Source: an uncultured archaeon (GTDB taxonomy: Archaea > Thermoproteota > Nitrososphaeria > Nitrososphaerales > Gagatemarchaeaceae). From it: a stretch of 64,000 nt of DNA. The notes beneath the pieces were generated by a model. The model was given only the letters and a program-made list of their open reading frames with translations, was not told the origin of the DNA and searched no databases. Shown piece after piece: positions 1 through 9,145 of the stretch. Both the position numbers and the translations under genes were made by a program. The DNA lies in the NCBI GenBank assembly GCA_963799775.1, contig CAWCYD010000003.1, positions 128,001 through 192,000 of the forward strand, written 5' to 3'. The stretch's first letter is position 1; each line of letters begins with the position of its first letter.

Positions 1-142
1 CTTGATACCGGGACCCCCCGACGCCAGCTAGATGAGGAAGCCGGCAGCATGACCCGCGTTCACCATCGTGCTCTGTTGAGTCGCAATTGGACACTTTCAG
101 GCCTCCCCCAGCCCCCGAATCTTCCGAAGTCTAGCACTGACA

Positions 143-218
143 GGTTCGAGGGTCGAACCCATCTCCATTTCGGACCCTGAGCTCGAGGGTCGAGCATTTG
201 CGGGTTCGACTGTCGAAC
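143..218. repeat. Three palindromic TCGA-N3-TCGA sites
   Basis: GGTTCGA-GGG-TCGAACC (143-159), GCTCGA-GGG-TCGAGC (181-195) and GTTCGA-CTG-TCGAAC (204-218), all upstream of ORF 284. Confidence 0.7.
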
Positions 219-283
219 ATTGTCCTATTGCGGTAGCTGCCGTGCTTCATCGGTCGTTATAAGTGGTACAGGGTTAGGAGAAC

Positions 284-1195
284 ATGGGCACAGCTGCGGA
301 AAGGGCGCAACCGGAGCAGGATATGATTGCCAGTCCCTACACCCTGAGAGACGGCATCCCGTCGACCAGGCGCGCCAGAGTCGATTGGACTCCAATCATG
401 AGGTGGCTTCTCGACGAGATCAAGGCCCTAGATTACTCCCCCAGCACCCGCTGGTGCTTCTACAGGGTGATGGACCGTTACAGGCTCCCGAAGTCGGCTT
501 GGGGAACCTTCAAGGCGACGCAGAGCACCTGGAGAAAGGGGGAACGGGAAGGATGGGCCCCCAACACCCTGTCCGACTCTGCCAGGCAAGTGAACTACGC
601 CGGGTACGGGGTCGCTTCAGAGAGGGAATTCTACCTTCAGATGCTGGAAAACCCGCCGGCGGTCGGGATCTGGGACGACCTGCCGTTCTATCCAGAGGTC
701 TGGTTCGAGGCGGAGGCCATGAACGGCCAGTTCGAACACCATGTGAGAAAGGCCTGGAGGATAACGACCCGCGCCTTCAGGGGCGACTACTCGATCGAGA
801 AGAAGTACCAGGCGGCAAACGACCTCTTAGCCATGGCTAAAAGAGGCAAGTCGATAACCATCCTGTACTTCGGGGATTGTGACGCCAAGGGGAAGGTCAT
901 CCCCTACAGCGCCCTCAAGGACGTCAAGAAATGGATGTATCAGTACCAGGACCGCGTCCAGTTCCACGTTGCGGGGCTAACAGTAGAGCAAGCGCACCGG
1001 TACGGCCTGCCGGAGAACTTCGAGCGGCCTGGGCAGTGGCAGTGGGAGGCCCTTTCAGATGCCCAGGCGAAGGAGATCATACTGGGTGCTCTTGCGCTCT
1101 ACCTAGACTTGGACGCATTGGGAGCCGCCATAAGAGAAGCCAGGCAACTCTGTTCCGAGTGGAAGGGGCTGGCATGGGAATTGCTCAATCATTGA
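284..1195 (+). CDS. Top6A/Spo11-like TOPRIM protein (Mini-A-like)
   Basis: STRWCFYR parallels Top6A STLRDVYY (candidate catalytic Tyr); EVWFEAE and YFGDCD are the TOPRIM Glu and DxD motifs; C-terminal GLTVEQ..YGLP..WEAL. Confidence 0.65.
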   Translation: MGTAAERAQPEQDMIASPYTLRDGIPSTRRARVDWTPIMRWLLDEIKALDYSPSTRWCFYRVMDRYRLPKSAWGTFKATQSTWRKGEREGWAPNTLSDSARQVNYAGYGVASEREFYLQMLENPPAVGIWDDLPFYPEVWFEAEAMNGQFEHHVRKAWRITTRAFRGDYSIEKKYQAANDLLAMAKRGKSITILYFGDCDAKGKVIPYSALKDVKKWMYQYQDRVQFHVAGLTVEQAHRYGLPENFERPGQWQWEALSDAQAKEIILGALALYLDLDALGAAIREARQLCSEWKGLAWELLNH

Positions 1196-1460
1196 GGCTC
1201 AAATCCGACCCTTGGCACTCTTTTGTATGACAAAGCGTGAGCTATCTTCTCTTTCCACCGAAAGGGCAATCCTCAAGCTTCCTTTTTGAATGGTGTCAGC
1301 AAGAGCGGACAGCCGAGGAGAAGCGCGAGAAGTGAAAGACGAGGTGGCGTCACATTGACCGGCACGCGGCGGCCGAGGGACCACATACGACTGCCCGAGG
1401 GCTTCAGGCTGATTCGGCGGGAGGACATCGACAAAGAAATTCAGTTGCCTTGAGCCGCGC

Positions 1461-1832
1461 ATGGACAGATACCCTCTCCGCCAATACTACGAATGGAGCC
1501 TGGGGCCTGACGCCTTGGTGATAGTTAGAGAAGTCGAAGGGCAGGTTGCTGGCGTTCAATACCTGACGGTACACAGCGGCTACATAATGTTGGAGATGCT
1601 CGCAAGAAATAAGCTGTTGCAGTACCCCGGAGCCGGCGGCGACCTTGTGAGGGTTGTCGAGCGTGTCGTGGCCCCCCAGCTCGACATCTCCGAGATTCGG
1701 ATGGAGGCCCTGAAGCACGTCGTGAGATACTACGACGACGTGTTGGGATACGAGGAGATCGGTAATGCTTACGAGGACCGTGAGTGGGGTCCGCTTACGC
1801 CTAAGGGGAAACTGTTGCCTCGGCGACCTTAG
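1461..1832 (+). CDS. GNAT-family acetyltransferase (possible toxin); N-terminus probably extends upstream through a frameshift near 1435
   Basis: VAGV..LEMLARN..YPGAGGDLV..IRMEAL..VVRYY..LGY follows GNAT motif A/B spacing. Confidence 0.6.
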   Translation: MDRYPLRQYYEWSLGPDALVIVREVEGQVAGVQYLTVHSGYIMLEMLARNKLLQYPGAGGDLVRVVERVVAPQLDISEIRMEALKHVVRYYDDVLGYEEIGNAYEDREWGPLTPKGKLLPRRP

Positions 1833-2034
1833 ACTTCGAGCGCAGCGCCTTGGGGTTGACCAGATGAGCGCCCTCATTGGGCTCTGCGCGCACTTCTTGG
1901 ATGTACTTCTGGATGTAGGTGCTCTCTCTGAGGTGAGTCTCGACCTCTCTGGATACGCTGGTACCGCTATCGAGCGCAGCCCGGGTCAGGGCCGAGTAGA
2001 GCTCGGGGGTCATTGAGACGGTCGTCTTTATCAT
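1801..2034 (-). CDS. Ribbon-helix-helix DNA-binding protein
   Basis: MIKTTVSMTPELYSALTRAALDSGTSVSREVETHL is a typical RHH strand-helix-helix pattern. Confidence 0.65.
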   Translation of the reverse strand: MIKTTVSMTPELYSALTRAALDSGTSVSREVETHLRESTYIQKYIQEVRAEPNEGAHLVNPKALRSKSKVAEATVSP

Positions 2035-2293
2035 ACCCCGACCATACCGGGGTATTCCCTATAAACCTGTCTGCGTTCGGTTGTGGTGCCTCTTACGAAG
2101 ACAGATCTTGCAAGTTGGGGTGGTGCAAGTCTAGAGATACGATTATCATCCAACTAAACCTTCGGGGTCAAACGCAGAATAAGTCCCGCGGGTCGGAACC
2201 TCACGAAAGATTGTATTCCCGCGACTCGCGCATTTCCTCGATATTAGACGACGACGCATAATCATCCTTGCAGCGCGATAACCATCTAGTCGA

Positions 2294-2413
2294 TGCCCCG
2301 GCCGGGTATCAGTCCGGCGTCCCGAAGTAAGGGATTTGAACCCCTACCGTCGCAGGGAACTGGTACCGCCGGGGAATTGCACCCGAAGATTTATCATCCC
2401 GCCCGGGGCACCA
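2294..2413. other. Structured ~120-nt element containing tRNA 3'-end/T-loop-like motifs
   Basis: Terminal stem TGCCCCGG(2294-2301)/CCGGGGCA(2403-2410) plus CGGG/CCCG; minus-strand GGGGTTCAAATCCC and GGGTGCAATTCCC...ACCA. Confidence 0.4.
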
Positions 2414-2523
2414 CGATTCTTCCTCCGTTGATTTTCTTGGGGCCTGAATTGACACTATTGGAGAAGTTCGATAGGTCAGAAACCTTTTGACGTCCTGACA
2501 AAGTTTCGGTCACTCGAGAAATC

Positions 2524-2545
2524 TTAGAGATGCCTAACTTAAATA
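2524..2545 (+). promoter_or_regulatory. Putative metal-repressor operator next to the mntH TATA box
   Basis: TTAG-N6-CTAA palindrome (2524-2537) directly followed by CTTAAATA, about 30 bp before the ATG. Confidence 0.35.
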
Positions 2546-2572
2546 CCGCCGGTCAATCGACGGAAGTCGCGC

Positions 2573-3892
2573 ATGAGTGGAACCTCCAACAGGAGCCTCA
2601 AACCTCCACAACCAACTCAGAAACCGGAGGTAGCCGAGCACCGAAAGAACAACCCTAACATTTCCATCCGCGACTTCTTCACGTATTTGGGGCCGACTCT
2701 GATAGTGAGCCTGGCGTACATCGATCCCGGAAACTTCGGGACAGACATAGCCGGGGGATCCCAGTTCAACTACGCCCTGATTTGGGCCGTCTGGATGGCC
2801 AGCGCGATGGCGATGATTCTCCAGTACATGTCGGGAAAGCTTGGGATAGCGACGGGGAACAGCCTTCCGCAGCTACTCCGAGGTTCGCTGAAGTCCAGAG
2901 CCCGCATAATCCCATATTGGCTCGCGGCTGAAATCGCCATAGCGGCGACGGACTTGGCCGAGTATCTCGGAACCGTCATCGCGCTGAACATCCTCTTCGG
3001 AATCCCCCTCCTCTACGCGGCCATCTTCGGAGCCTTAGATGTCATCATCCTCCTTGCGTTGTTGAACAATCGCTTCCGCATCGTCGAATACTTCTTCATG
3101 GTCTTCGTTTCAGTGATAGCCATAGGCTTCCTCTACGAGCTCCTGAGGGTCGGGCCGAATCTCAGTCTGTTTGTCATTGGCTCGGTCTCCCCAGACATCT
3201 CCAGCGGAACCCTCCTCGTTGTCGTGGGGATAGTCGGCGCCACGGTCATGCCTCACGTCCTATGGCTCCACTCCTCGCTGACCTCGGCCAAGCTGGGCAG
3301 ATGGGGAATCACTGAGAACGACCACGGCCCGAAGAGGAAGCTTCTCGGGCTCCACCTGCGGGAGACCATCGTCATCTTGGCGATTGCCGGCTGCGTGAAC
3401 GTGGCGATTCTCGTTGTGGGGGCCGCTGCGTTCTTCAAGTTCGGATATACAAACATACAGCAGATAAGTCAGGCCTACGAAATACTGGGGCCTCTGTTCG
3501 GTTCTGCAGCTGCGGTTATCTTCGCGATAACCCTTCTTTTCTCTGGAATCGCCTCGTCGGTAGTTGGAACCTTGGCTGGGCAGGAAGTCATGACAGGGCT
3601 GCTCGGAATCAAGGTGAACCCGTATCTGCGACGAGTCATCACCCGGGGGATCAACGTCTTTCCCACGACGGCCTGCATCCTCATAGGGATAAGCCCCTTG
3701 GCGCTGCTCTTCTACAGCCAGGTCTTCCTGAGCATATTAATTCCTCTTCCCATGATTCCGTTAATCTGGTACACCAGCAAGAAAAAAGTAATGGGCTCGT
3801 TCGTGAACCGGAGAGCGACGATTATCACGGCGTTGGCTGTCGGAGGGGCAATAATAGCGCTGAACATTGCCCTGATTTACACCGCCATATGA
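2573..3892 (+). CDS. mntH: Nramp-family divalent metal (Mn2+/Fe2+) transporter
   Basis: AYIDPGN and GATVMPH signature motifs; about 11 TM segments. Confidence 0.95.
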   Translation: MSGTSNRSLKPPQPTQKPEVAEHRKNNPNISIRDFFTYLGPTLIVSLAYIDPGNFGTDIAGGSQFNYALIWAVWMASAMAMILQYMSGKLGIATGNSLPQLLRGSLKSRARIIPYWLAAEIAIAATDLAEYLGTVIALNILFGIPLLYAAIFGALDVIILLALLNNRFRIVEYFFMVFVSVIAIGFLYELLRVGPNLSLFVIGSVSPDISSGTLLVVVGIVGATVMPHVLWLHSSLTSAKLGRWGITENDHGPKRKLLGLHLRETIVILAIAGCVNVAILVVGAAAFFKFGYTNIQQISQAYEILGPLFGSAAAVIFAITLLFSGIASSVVGTLAGQEVMTGLLGIKVNPYLRRVITRGINVFPTTACILIGISPLALLFYSQVFLSILIPLPMIPLIWYTSKKKVMGSFVNRRATIITALAVGGAIIALNIALIYTAI

Positions 3893-4055
3893 CAAGAAAC
3901 TACTAGACGTCGAAAGTTCTTTCGAGCGCTTACTGATGACCTTTGCCTAATTATCGAGTGAAGAAGAGGCATGCGGCTGGTCGGTTAGAGCGTGCTTTGC
4001 GCTCTATCTCTCTAGAAGAGACTGAAAATGGGCTGTCAGGAGGCCGAGGCGCGTC

Positions 4056-4994
4056 CTAGCTGTGTTCTCTTTCCGTTAGCTCTGAGCCCTCGAAGACGAA
4101 CAACCGGGGTTTCCCGCCTTCCAGCCGCACGTAGGTGTTGTGAATGGGCGCAGTGGTTATCCAAGAGCCCGTGTTTGCGGCGTTTTCCGCCTGGTTCACA
4201 AAGGGCCTGTGAGTGTGCCCGAAGACGAGGACTTCGCCCGGCTGGACGGTTGAGCAGGCCTTCTTTTCCAGGCCTTTGAGCTTGCCCTGCAACCTTTCTT
4301 GGGGGTCCAGTAGGAGCATCTCGGTCGTGCGGCGATAGCTGTCCTTGTTGAAGATTATCGATAGGAGGTGCTGCAGATCGCCCTTGTCGCGGCTCAGGGC
4401 GGCCCAGATGCTCGTGTCGCGGTCGCCTTTATTGTCAGACATCCCGTGACAGAGGGACTCCATGAAATGCTCCCTCTGCATCTCGTCGAACTCCCAGCCG
4501 TGCATGAATCTGTAGCTCACGCCGTCCTGCTGCAGCGTGAGGGTCTTCAGGAAGTTGATCGGGTATCCCCTGCCCTGCAGCTTGAGGACGTGGAAGTCGT
4601 GGTTCCCCGCGATGTAGTAGACGCGCATCTTCTTCTGCAGGAGTATGACCCGGTCGATGACGTCCTTGTTCTCGAGGAAGACCCCCGAGGCGTCTCTCCT
4701 CCACATGTCCACGACGTCGCCGAGAAGGACAAGGTCAGTAACGCTTGCATCGGATTGAAGCTGGTCGAGGAAGCGGATGAACGCGGCCTTGTCTGCGGTT
4801 TCGATTCCGAGGTGCTGGTCTGAGACTGCCACGATGGCCAAGTGAACCGGCCCGATGACCCTTCCCGGCTTAGATAGGTCTTCACATCGACTGCACGGGG
4901 TGCCTCGGAACAATACGCTGCGAGGATCAACCCAAGGTTTCCGAATCGAGGGATTCGACCCAGATGGTCTGACACCCGCCAGGGGCATCATCAA
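4056..4994 (-). CDS. Calcineurin-like metallophosphoesterase (LpxH-like); true start probably near 4840
   Basis: SDQHLG, LLGDVVD, AGNHD, MHG and FGHTH motifs. Confidence 0.88.
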   Translation of the reverse strand: MMMPLAGVRPSGSNPSIRKPWVDPRSVLFRGTPCSRCEDLSKPGRVIGPVHLAIVAVSDQHLGIETADKAAFIRFLDQLQSDASVTDLVLLGDVVDMWRRDASGVFLENKDVIDRVILLQKKMRVYYIAGNHDFHVLKLQGRGYPINFLKTLTLQQDGVSYRFMHGWEFDEMQREHFMESLCHGMSDNKGDRDTSIWAALSRDKGDLQHLLSIIFNKDSYRRTTEMLLLDPQERLQGKLKGLEKKACSTVQPGEVLVFGHTHRPFVNQAENAANTGSWITTAPIHNTYVRLEGGKPRLFVFEGSELTEREHS

Positions 4995-5064
4995 TCGAGC
5001 AAGCGCGTCTTGGGGTCTATGTGGCTAGATGCGCTAGTCGGCGGCAGGTCGATTGGAATGGAGC

Positions 5065-5400
5065 CTAGCCCTTGAACTCCACGCACAGTTCCCGCAAGAC
5101 CCCCCCTAGGTTCCCAACGGCGTGGGTCTCGACCCCGTCTGCATCGGACCATGAAATCTCTCCCTTCCTCACGTTGACAATCCCCGACTTGCCGTTTTCC
5201 CTCATTGATCTGATCTTCCCTCCATTCAAGGAGTACGAGAGGCCCCTGTTGTGTGAGTGCATGGGAATCGTCTGCCCCCTCTTCATCGTGACCTCAATGA
5301 CGCGGACGACGTCGTTCTCGAATATCACTCTCGCAGACTTCGGAGCCACCTTGAGAATGTGCCTGGCCAAGGCCTTGGAAGTCTCTTCGGCTCTTCTCAT
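5065..5400 (-). CDS. Cupin-domain protein
   Basis: FENDVVRV...PMHSH...ETHAVGN. Confidence 0.8.
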   Translation of the reverse strand: MRRAEETSKALARHILKVAPKSARVIFENDVVRVIEVTMKRGQTIPMHSHNRGLSYSLNGGKIRSMRENGKSGIVNVRKGEISWSDADGVETHAVGNLGGVLRELCVEFKG

Positions 5401-5593
5401 ATTTCAGGATTATCTGGACAGCTCTCACGTAGAAGGTAGGCCCGATGCTAGCGGCCGCCTGCGGTCTTGTCTAGCAATAATTCGTCGATCCCGCGCGAAG
5501 CAAGATCGCTCGCTGGGAATTTTGTCCTGCGTGTGCTGCTTCCAAACTGGTTCCATCTTGATGCGCGTGTGAAGCTGGGAGAAAAACTGAAAG

Positions 5594-6499
5594 ATGAAGG
5601 CGGAGCATAGAAGGACGAAGATGCGACGAGAAGATGAGGCTGCACTGGAGCCTATCGTGGCGCACGGTTCGAGGATGACCTGGGCCGGAATTCTGCGTCG
5701 CGGTGATGAGTTCCCTCCTGCCAAGAGATCGGAACTGGCTGTCATTACCGCGAGCTCTGGCCCGCCGCTGAGGCGATATTTTGGCAGGTGGTCAGGCGAT
5801 TATCGCAGGTTCACGACGAACCTTACTTCCGCAAAGATTGCGGTTAGGGTGTTGCAGCCTGGTGAGCGTCCGGGAGACGGACTTCTGTGCGTCGTTCATT
5901 GGGTCAGCCGAGGAGACATGCTTCGCACCGACGAAGGCGGGGTCTGTCACGGAGATGGATGGCCCGTGGAGTTCTGGAGCGCATTCGTTTCACAGTTAGA
6001 TAGTCTGCCACCGAAAACCGTGGCAGAGAAGCTTCGAAGCTTCGCCGACTCGCGCCTGCAAGGACGCAACAAGTCCGTGGCCGAGTGGCGTGCGCGACTG
6101 GAAGAAGGACGCGTGATTCCTCCAGGAGAATGGCCTTCCGTGATCGGCGAAAGTTTGATCCCAACGCCCGTGGAGCTAACGGCTGGCGACGACAGACGCT
6201 ATTGCATCGTCTCTTGGGCACCAAGCGGGCAAATCTACCGCAGCCTGTCTGAAGCCCTCGCCTCGCCGGAGGCGATCCAGAAAGGACCCGACCTAGCAAA
6301 CCAAGCAAAGTACTACTTGGAATGCACTCTTGCCAGGCTTCACGGAGTGAGATTCGGACCTAACGACTGGATCGAGGATCCAGCATATGAGCGCACGCGC
6401 GAGGTTCTCAAACTCGCAACGTCGTTCAGAAGGTCAGAGACGCAGCGAATCGCCAAACTGGGTTCGCTCGACCGGTTCGGCCCTTCTCCAGAGAGATAG
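5594..6499 (+). CDS. Hypothetical protein
   Basis: Long ORF filling the gap between genes; no motif recognised. Confidence 0.5.
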   Translation: MKAEHRRTKMRREDEAALEPIVAHGSRMTWAGILRRGDEFPPAKRSELAVITASSGPPLRRYFGRWSGDYRRFTTNLTSAKIAVRVLQPGERPGDGLLCVVHWVSRGDMLRTDEGGVCHGDGWPVEFWSAFVSQLDSLPPKTVAEKLRSFADSRLQGRNKSVAEWRARLEEGRVIPPGEWPSVIGESLIPTPVELTAGDDRRYCIVSWAPSGQIYRSLSEALASPEAIQKGPDLANQAKYYLECTLARLHGVRFGPNDWIEDPAYERTREVLKLATSFRRSETQRIAKLGSLDRFGPSPER

Positions 6500-6572
6500 G
6501 ATCAGATTGGGTCTTCCTTCAGGTGCACCCAGAAAGATTTTATCCCGTGCCCAAAACGAGAAAGGGACAAGG

Positions 6573-7100
6573 TTGAGGTTTTCTGGACGGAGTTCCTACG
6601 ACCCCGATCCTGACTCTGAGTACCAGCAGGAGCCGACGATCGAGAGGGGCGTGGACAGCGCCAAGAAGTGGTGGAGGGTGCTTGTGGCGGTCATCATCGC
6701 GGGGGTGGTGGTGGGGTATGTAGTTTCGGTGAGCTACACGGTATATCCCTTCAATGTCGAGGTGTCCGGCACTTTCACCTCACCGGACGGTTCGCGAATG
6801 ATACTCGTCGACTTCGTCGAGTGCAGCGATCTGTCCTACGCCACGTGCCCGGACCCGAGCCAGACCCCGGTCGACTCTTGCGTCGCGCCGCCGGTCATGA
6901 ACGTAACGAACTATTGCACCGAGTTCTACTTCGAGCACACTCCAGGACACTACGATATTGTCCTGAAGAATGGCTATGATTACACCATGAAGGCATACAT
7001 GCAGTTCGCCAACGGGACGTTCGACAAGGTCTGCGCTGTGAAGGTAATCCTCTCCCCCGCTCTGACCACGCGCGACTCGACGCAGAACTTTAGCTGCTAG
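6573..7100 (+). CDS. Single-TM membrane-anchored extracellular protein, Cys-containing
   Basis: KKWWRVLVAVIIAGVVVGYVV TM segment followed by a beta-rich domain with N-x-T sequons; start estimated at TTG 6573. Confidence 0.6.
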   Translation: MRFSGRSSYDPDPDSEYQQEPTIERGVDSAKKWWRVLVAVIIAGVVVGYVVSVSYTVYPFNVEVSGTFTSPDGSRMILVDFVECSDLSYATCPDPSQTPVDSCVAPPVMNVTNYCTEFYFEHTPGHYDIVLKNGYDYTMKAYMQFANGTFDKVCAVKVILSPALTTRDSTQNFSC

Positions 7101-7277
7101 CGCTTTCTCGCCCCTTTGCTCGCCCAGAACAACATGATCGAAGGGCAACTCCGCCACCCATAGATTGGGGCCCTGGCCGAGGTGAGCTCGAGTATGACCT
7201 TCAGGTGGAAAGTCACTTGGCGAGATGACCTTGAGCACCCAAACCTTGATTTTCCGGCGCGCGACCACCGACTGGAG

Positions 7278-8261
7278 ATGGAGGACATCATCTCTGTCGA
7301 GGACCTGGTAGTCGTCTACCAGGACGATACGCGGGCAGTCGATGGCATCTCCTTCGCAGTCAAGGAGGGTGAGTTCTTCGGGTTCCTCGGACCCAACGGA
7401 GCAGGGAAGAGCACCACCATCAAGACACTCACCACCCTTCTCAGGAAGACCTCCGGGAAGGTCTCGGTCGCGGGAGTCGACCTAGACTCTGATCCCGCCG
7501 CGATTCGCAAGTCAATCGGGGGCCTCACGCAAGAGACGAGCCTAGACGTCGACCTCAAGGGGAGGGAGAACCTCCGGCTCCAGGGGCGTCTCCAGCAGAT
7601 GCACGGGCGCGCCCTAGACGAGAGGGTCGAGGAGCTCCTCAAGCTGGTCGAGCTCGACAAGGTCGGGGATAAGGAGGCCGGGCGATACTCAGGTGGGATG
7701 AGGAAGCGACTCGACCTCGCCTGCGCGCTGGTCCACAGTCCGAGGATACTCTTCCTCGACGAGCCGACCACGGGCCTGGACACCCAGTCACGGACCACAG
7801 TCTGGGAGCACCTCGAGGGCCTGAACAGGAATCAGGGCATCACGATCTTCCTCACAACCCAGTACCTCGAGGAGGCCGACCGGCTCTGCCGCCAGCTTTC
7901 GATAATAGATCACGGAAAGCTCATAGCCGAAGGGAGCCCTTCCGAGCTGAAGGCGAGCCTGGGCGGGGACGCCATCGACCTGACGCTCGAGACGTCCGCG
8001 AGGGCGAAGGCAAAAGAGATCCTGAAGACGATTCAGGGAATCTCGGGCGTCATGGACTCCGACACCGGGGTGACAGCTTACGCAAAGAACGCGGGGGAGG
8101 TGATCACGGAGGTCGTCACGGCCCTCGACCGGAGCGGCATCCGCCCCTCGTTCCTTAGCATCTCTTCTCCAACGCTCGACGACCTCTTCCTCAAGAAGAC
8201 TGGCAGGCGGATACGGTCTGACGACCTGCAGAGGAAGGAGACCGAGGCGTTCCTGATGTGA
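7278..8261 (+). CDS. ABC exporter ATP-binding subunit (DrrA type)
   Basis: GPNGAGKST, YSGGMRKR and LFLDEPTTGLD. Confidence 0.95.
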   Translation: MEDIISVEDLVVVYQDDTRAVDGISFAVKEGEFFGFLGPNGAGKSTTIKTLTTLLRKTSGKVSVAGVDLDSDPAAIRKSIGGLTQETSLDVDLKGRENLRLQGRLQQMHGRALDERVEELLKLVELDKVGDKEAGRYSGGMRKRLDLACALVHSPRILFLDEPTTGLDTQSRTTVWEHLEGLNRNQGITIFLTTQYLEEADRLCRQLSIIDHGKLIAEGSPSELKASLGGDAIDLTLETSARAKAKEILKTIQGISGVMDSDTGVTAYAKNAGEVITEVVTALDRSGIRPSFLSISSPTLDDLFLKKTGRRIRSDDLQRKETEAFLM

Positions 8262-8271
8262 GGCGATCGGC

Positions 8272-9039
8272 TTGACCCTGCTCTACGACACCGAGTCACT
8301 CTTCCAAAGAGGCGTGACGAAGATGATCAGGAACCCGACGCTCCTTGTCACCTACTTGGTCGAGCCCATCGCCTTCCTCGTGCTCTTCTCCCAGATGTTC
8401 ACAAGGCTGGGCGACTTCCTTCCTCCCCACTCGGGAGGGTACGTCGCCTACCTCACCCCTGGGATCCTTGTCTTCTGCGCGCTCATCGCCTCTCCTCAGG
8501 GCGGGGTCTCTATCGTGAACGACATCAACTCAGGATTCCTCTCGAGGATCCTCCTGACCCAGTCGTCGAGGTCCGCGATATTGCTCGGGAGGCTCCTGAC
8601 AGACGTGTCCCTCGTCGTGGGAGAGGCGGTCATCACCATCATAACGGCGTCAGTGATGGGGGTGACAATCTCGTCTGGCCTGCCAGGAATCCTCCTGATC
8701 TTCGTGACGATCTCGTTCTTCGAGATGGCCCTCTCAGGCCTCTTTCTCGCGATAGGGATGGCCACCAGGAAGACGGAGACGCTCTCCGCCGTCTCGGGGT
8801 TCCTCTACCTCCCTTTGATCTTCCTCAGCACGTCCATGTTCCCGGCCGCGTTCCTGCCGGGTTGGGCCCAGACGGCATCCAACTACAATCCGGTCACCTA
8901 CATCTCGAACGTGACGCGTGAGCTGGTCTCCGGTGGGTTCAATCTCAACACGTTGGTCGAAGGCTACGCCCTTACGGGGCTCATAGCCCTGGTGACGCTC
9001 GCCGCGACCCTCTACCAGTTCAGAAGAGTCGTGAGCTAG
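8272..9039 (+). CDS. ABC-2 type permease
   Basis: Six TM segments, LPGWAQTASNYNPVTY motif, adjacent to the ATPase. Confidence 0.92.
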   Translation: MTLLYDTESLFQRGVTKMIRNPTLLVTYLVEPIAFLVLFSQMFTRLGDFLPPHSGGYVAYLTPGILVFCALIASPQGGVSIVNDINSGFLSRILLTQSSRSAILLGRLLTDVSLVVGEAVITIITASVMGVTISSGLPGILLIFVTISFFEMALSGLFLAIGMATRKTETLSAVSGFLYLPLIFLSTSMFPAAFLPGWAQTASNYNPVTYISNVTRELVSGGFNLNTLVEGYALTGLIALVTLAATLYQFRRVVS

Positions 9040-9145
9040 ACGCCGGCCCAGCATGCCAGTCGGACTCGAGTAGATGGTTAGGGGGATTCTAATCAGGTGG
9101 TCACGATTCCGCGCGGGGCATCAGATTTCTCAGCTCGTTTGCGCG

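Noticed and set aside
2294-2413. 5S rRNA, intact tRNA or canonical FMN riboswitch
   Set aside because: The length fits 5S but the conserved 5S motifs are absent; no cloverleaf can be drawn; only part of an FMN-like 5' half is present and no flavin gene is adjacent. Kept only as an unexplained structured element.
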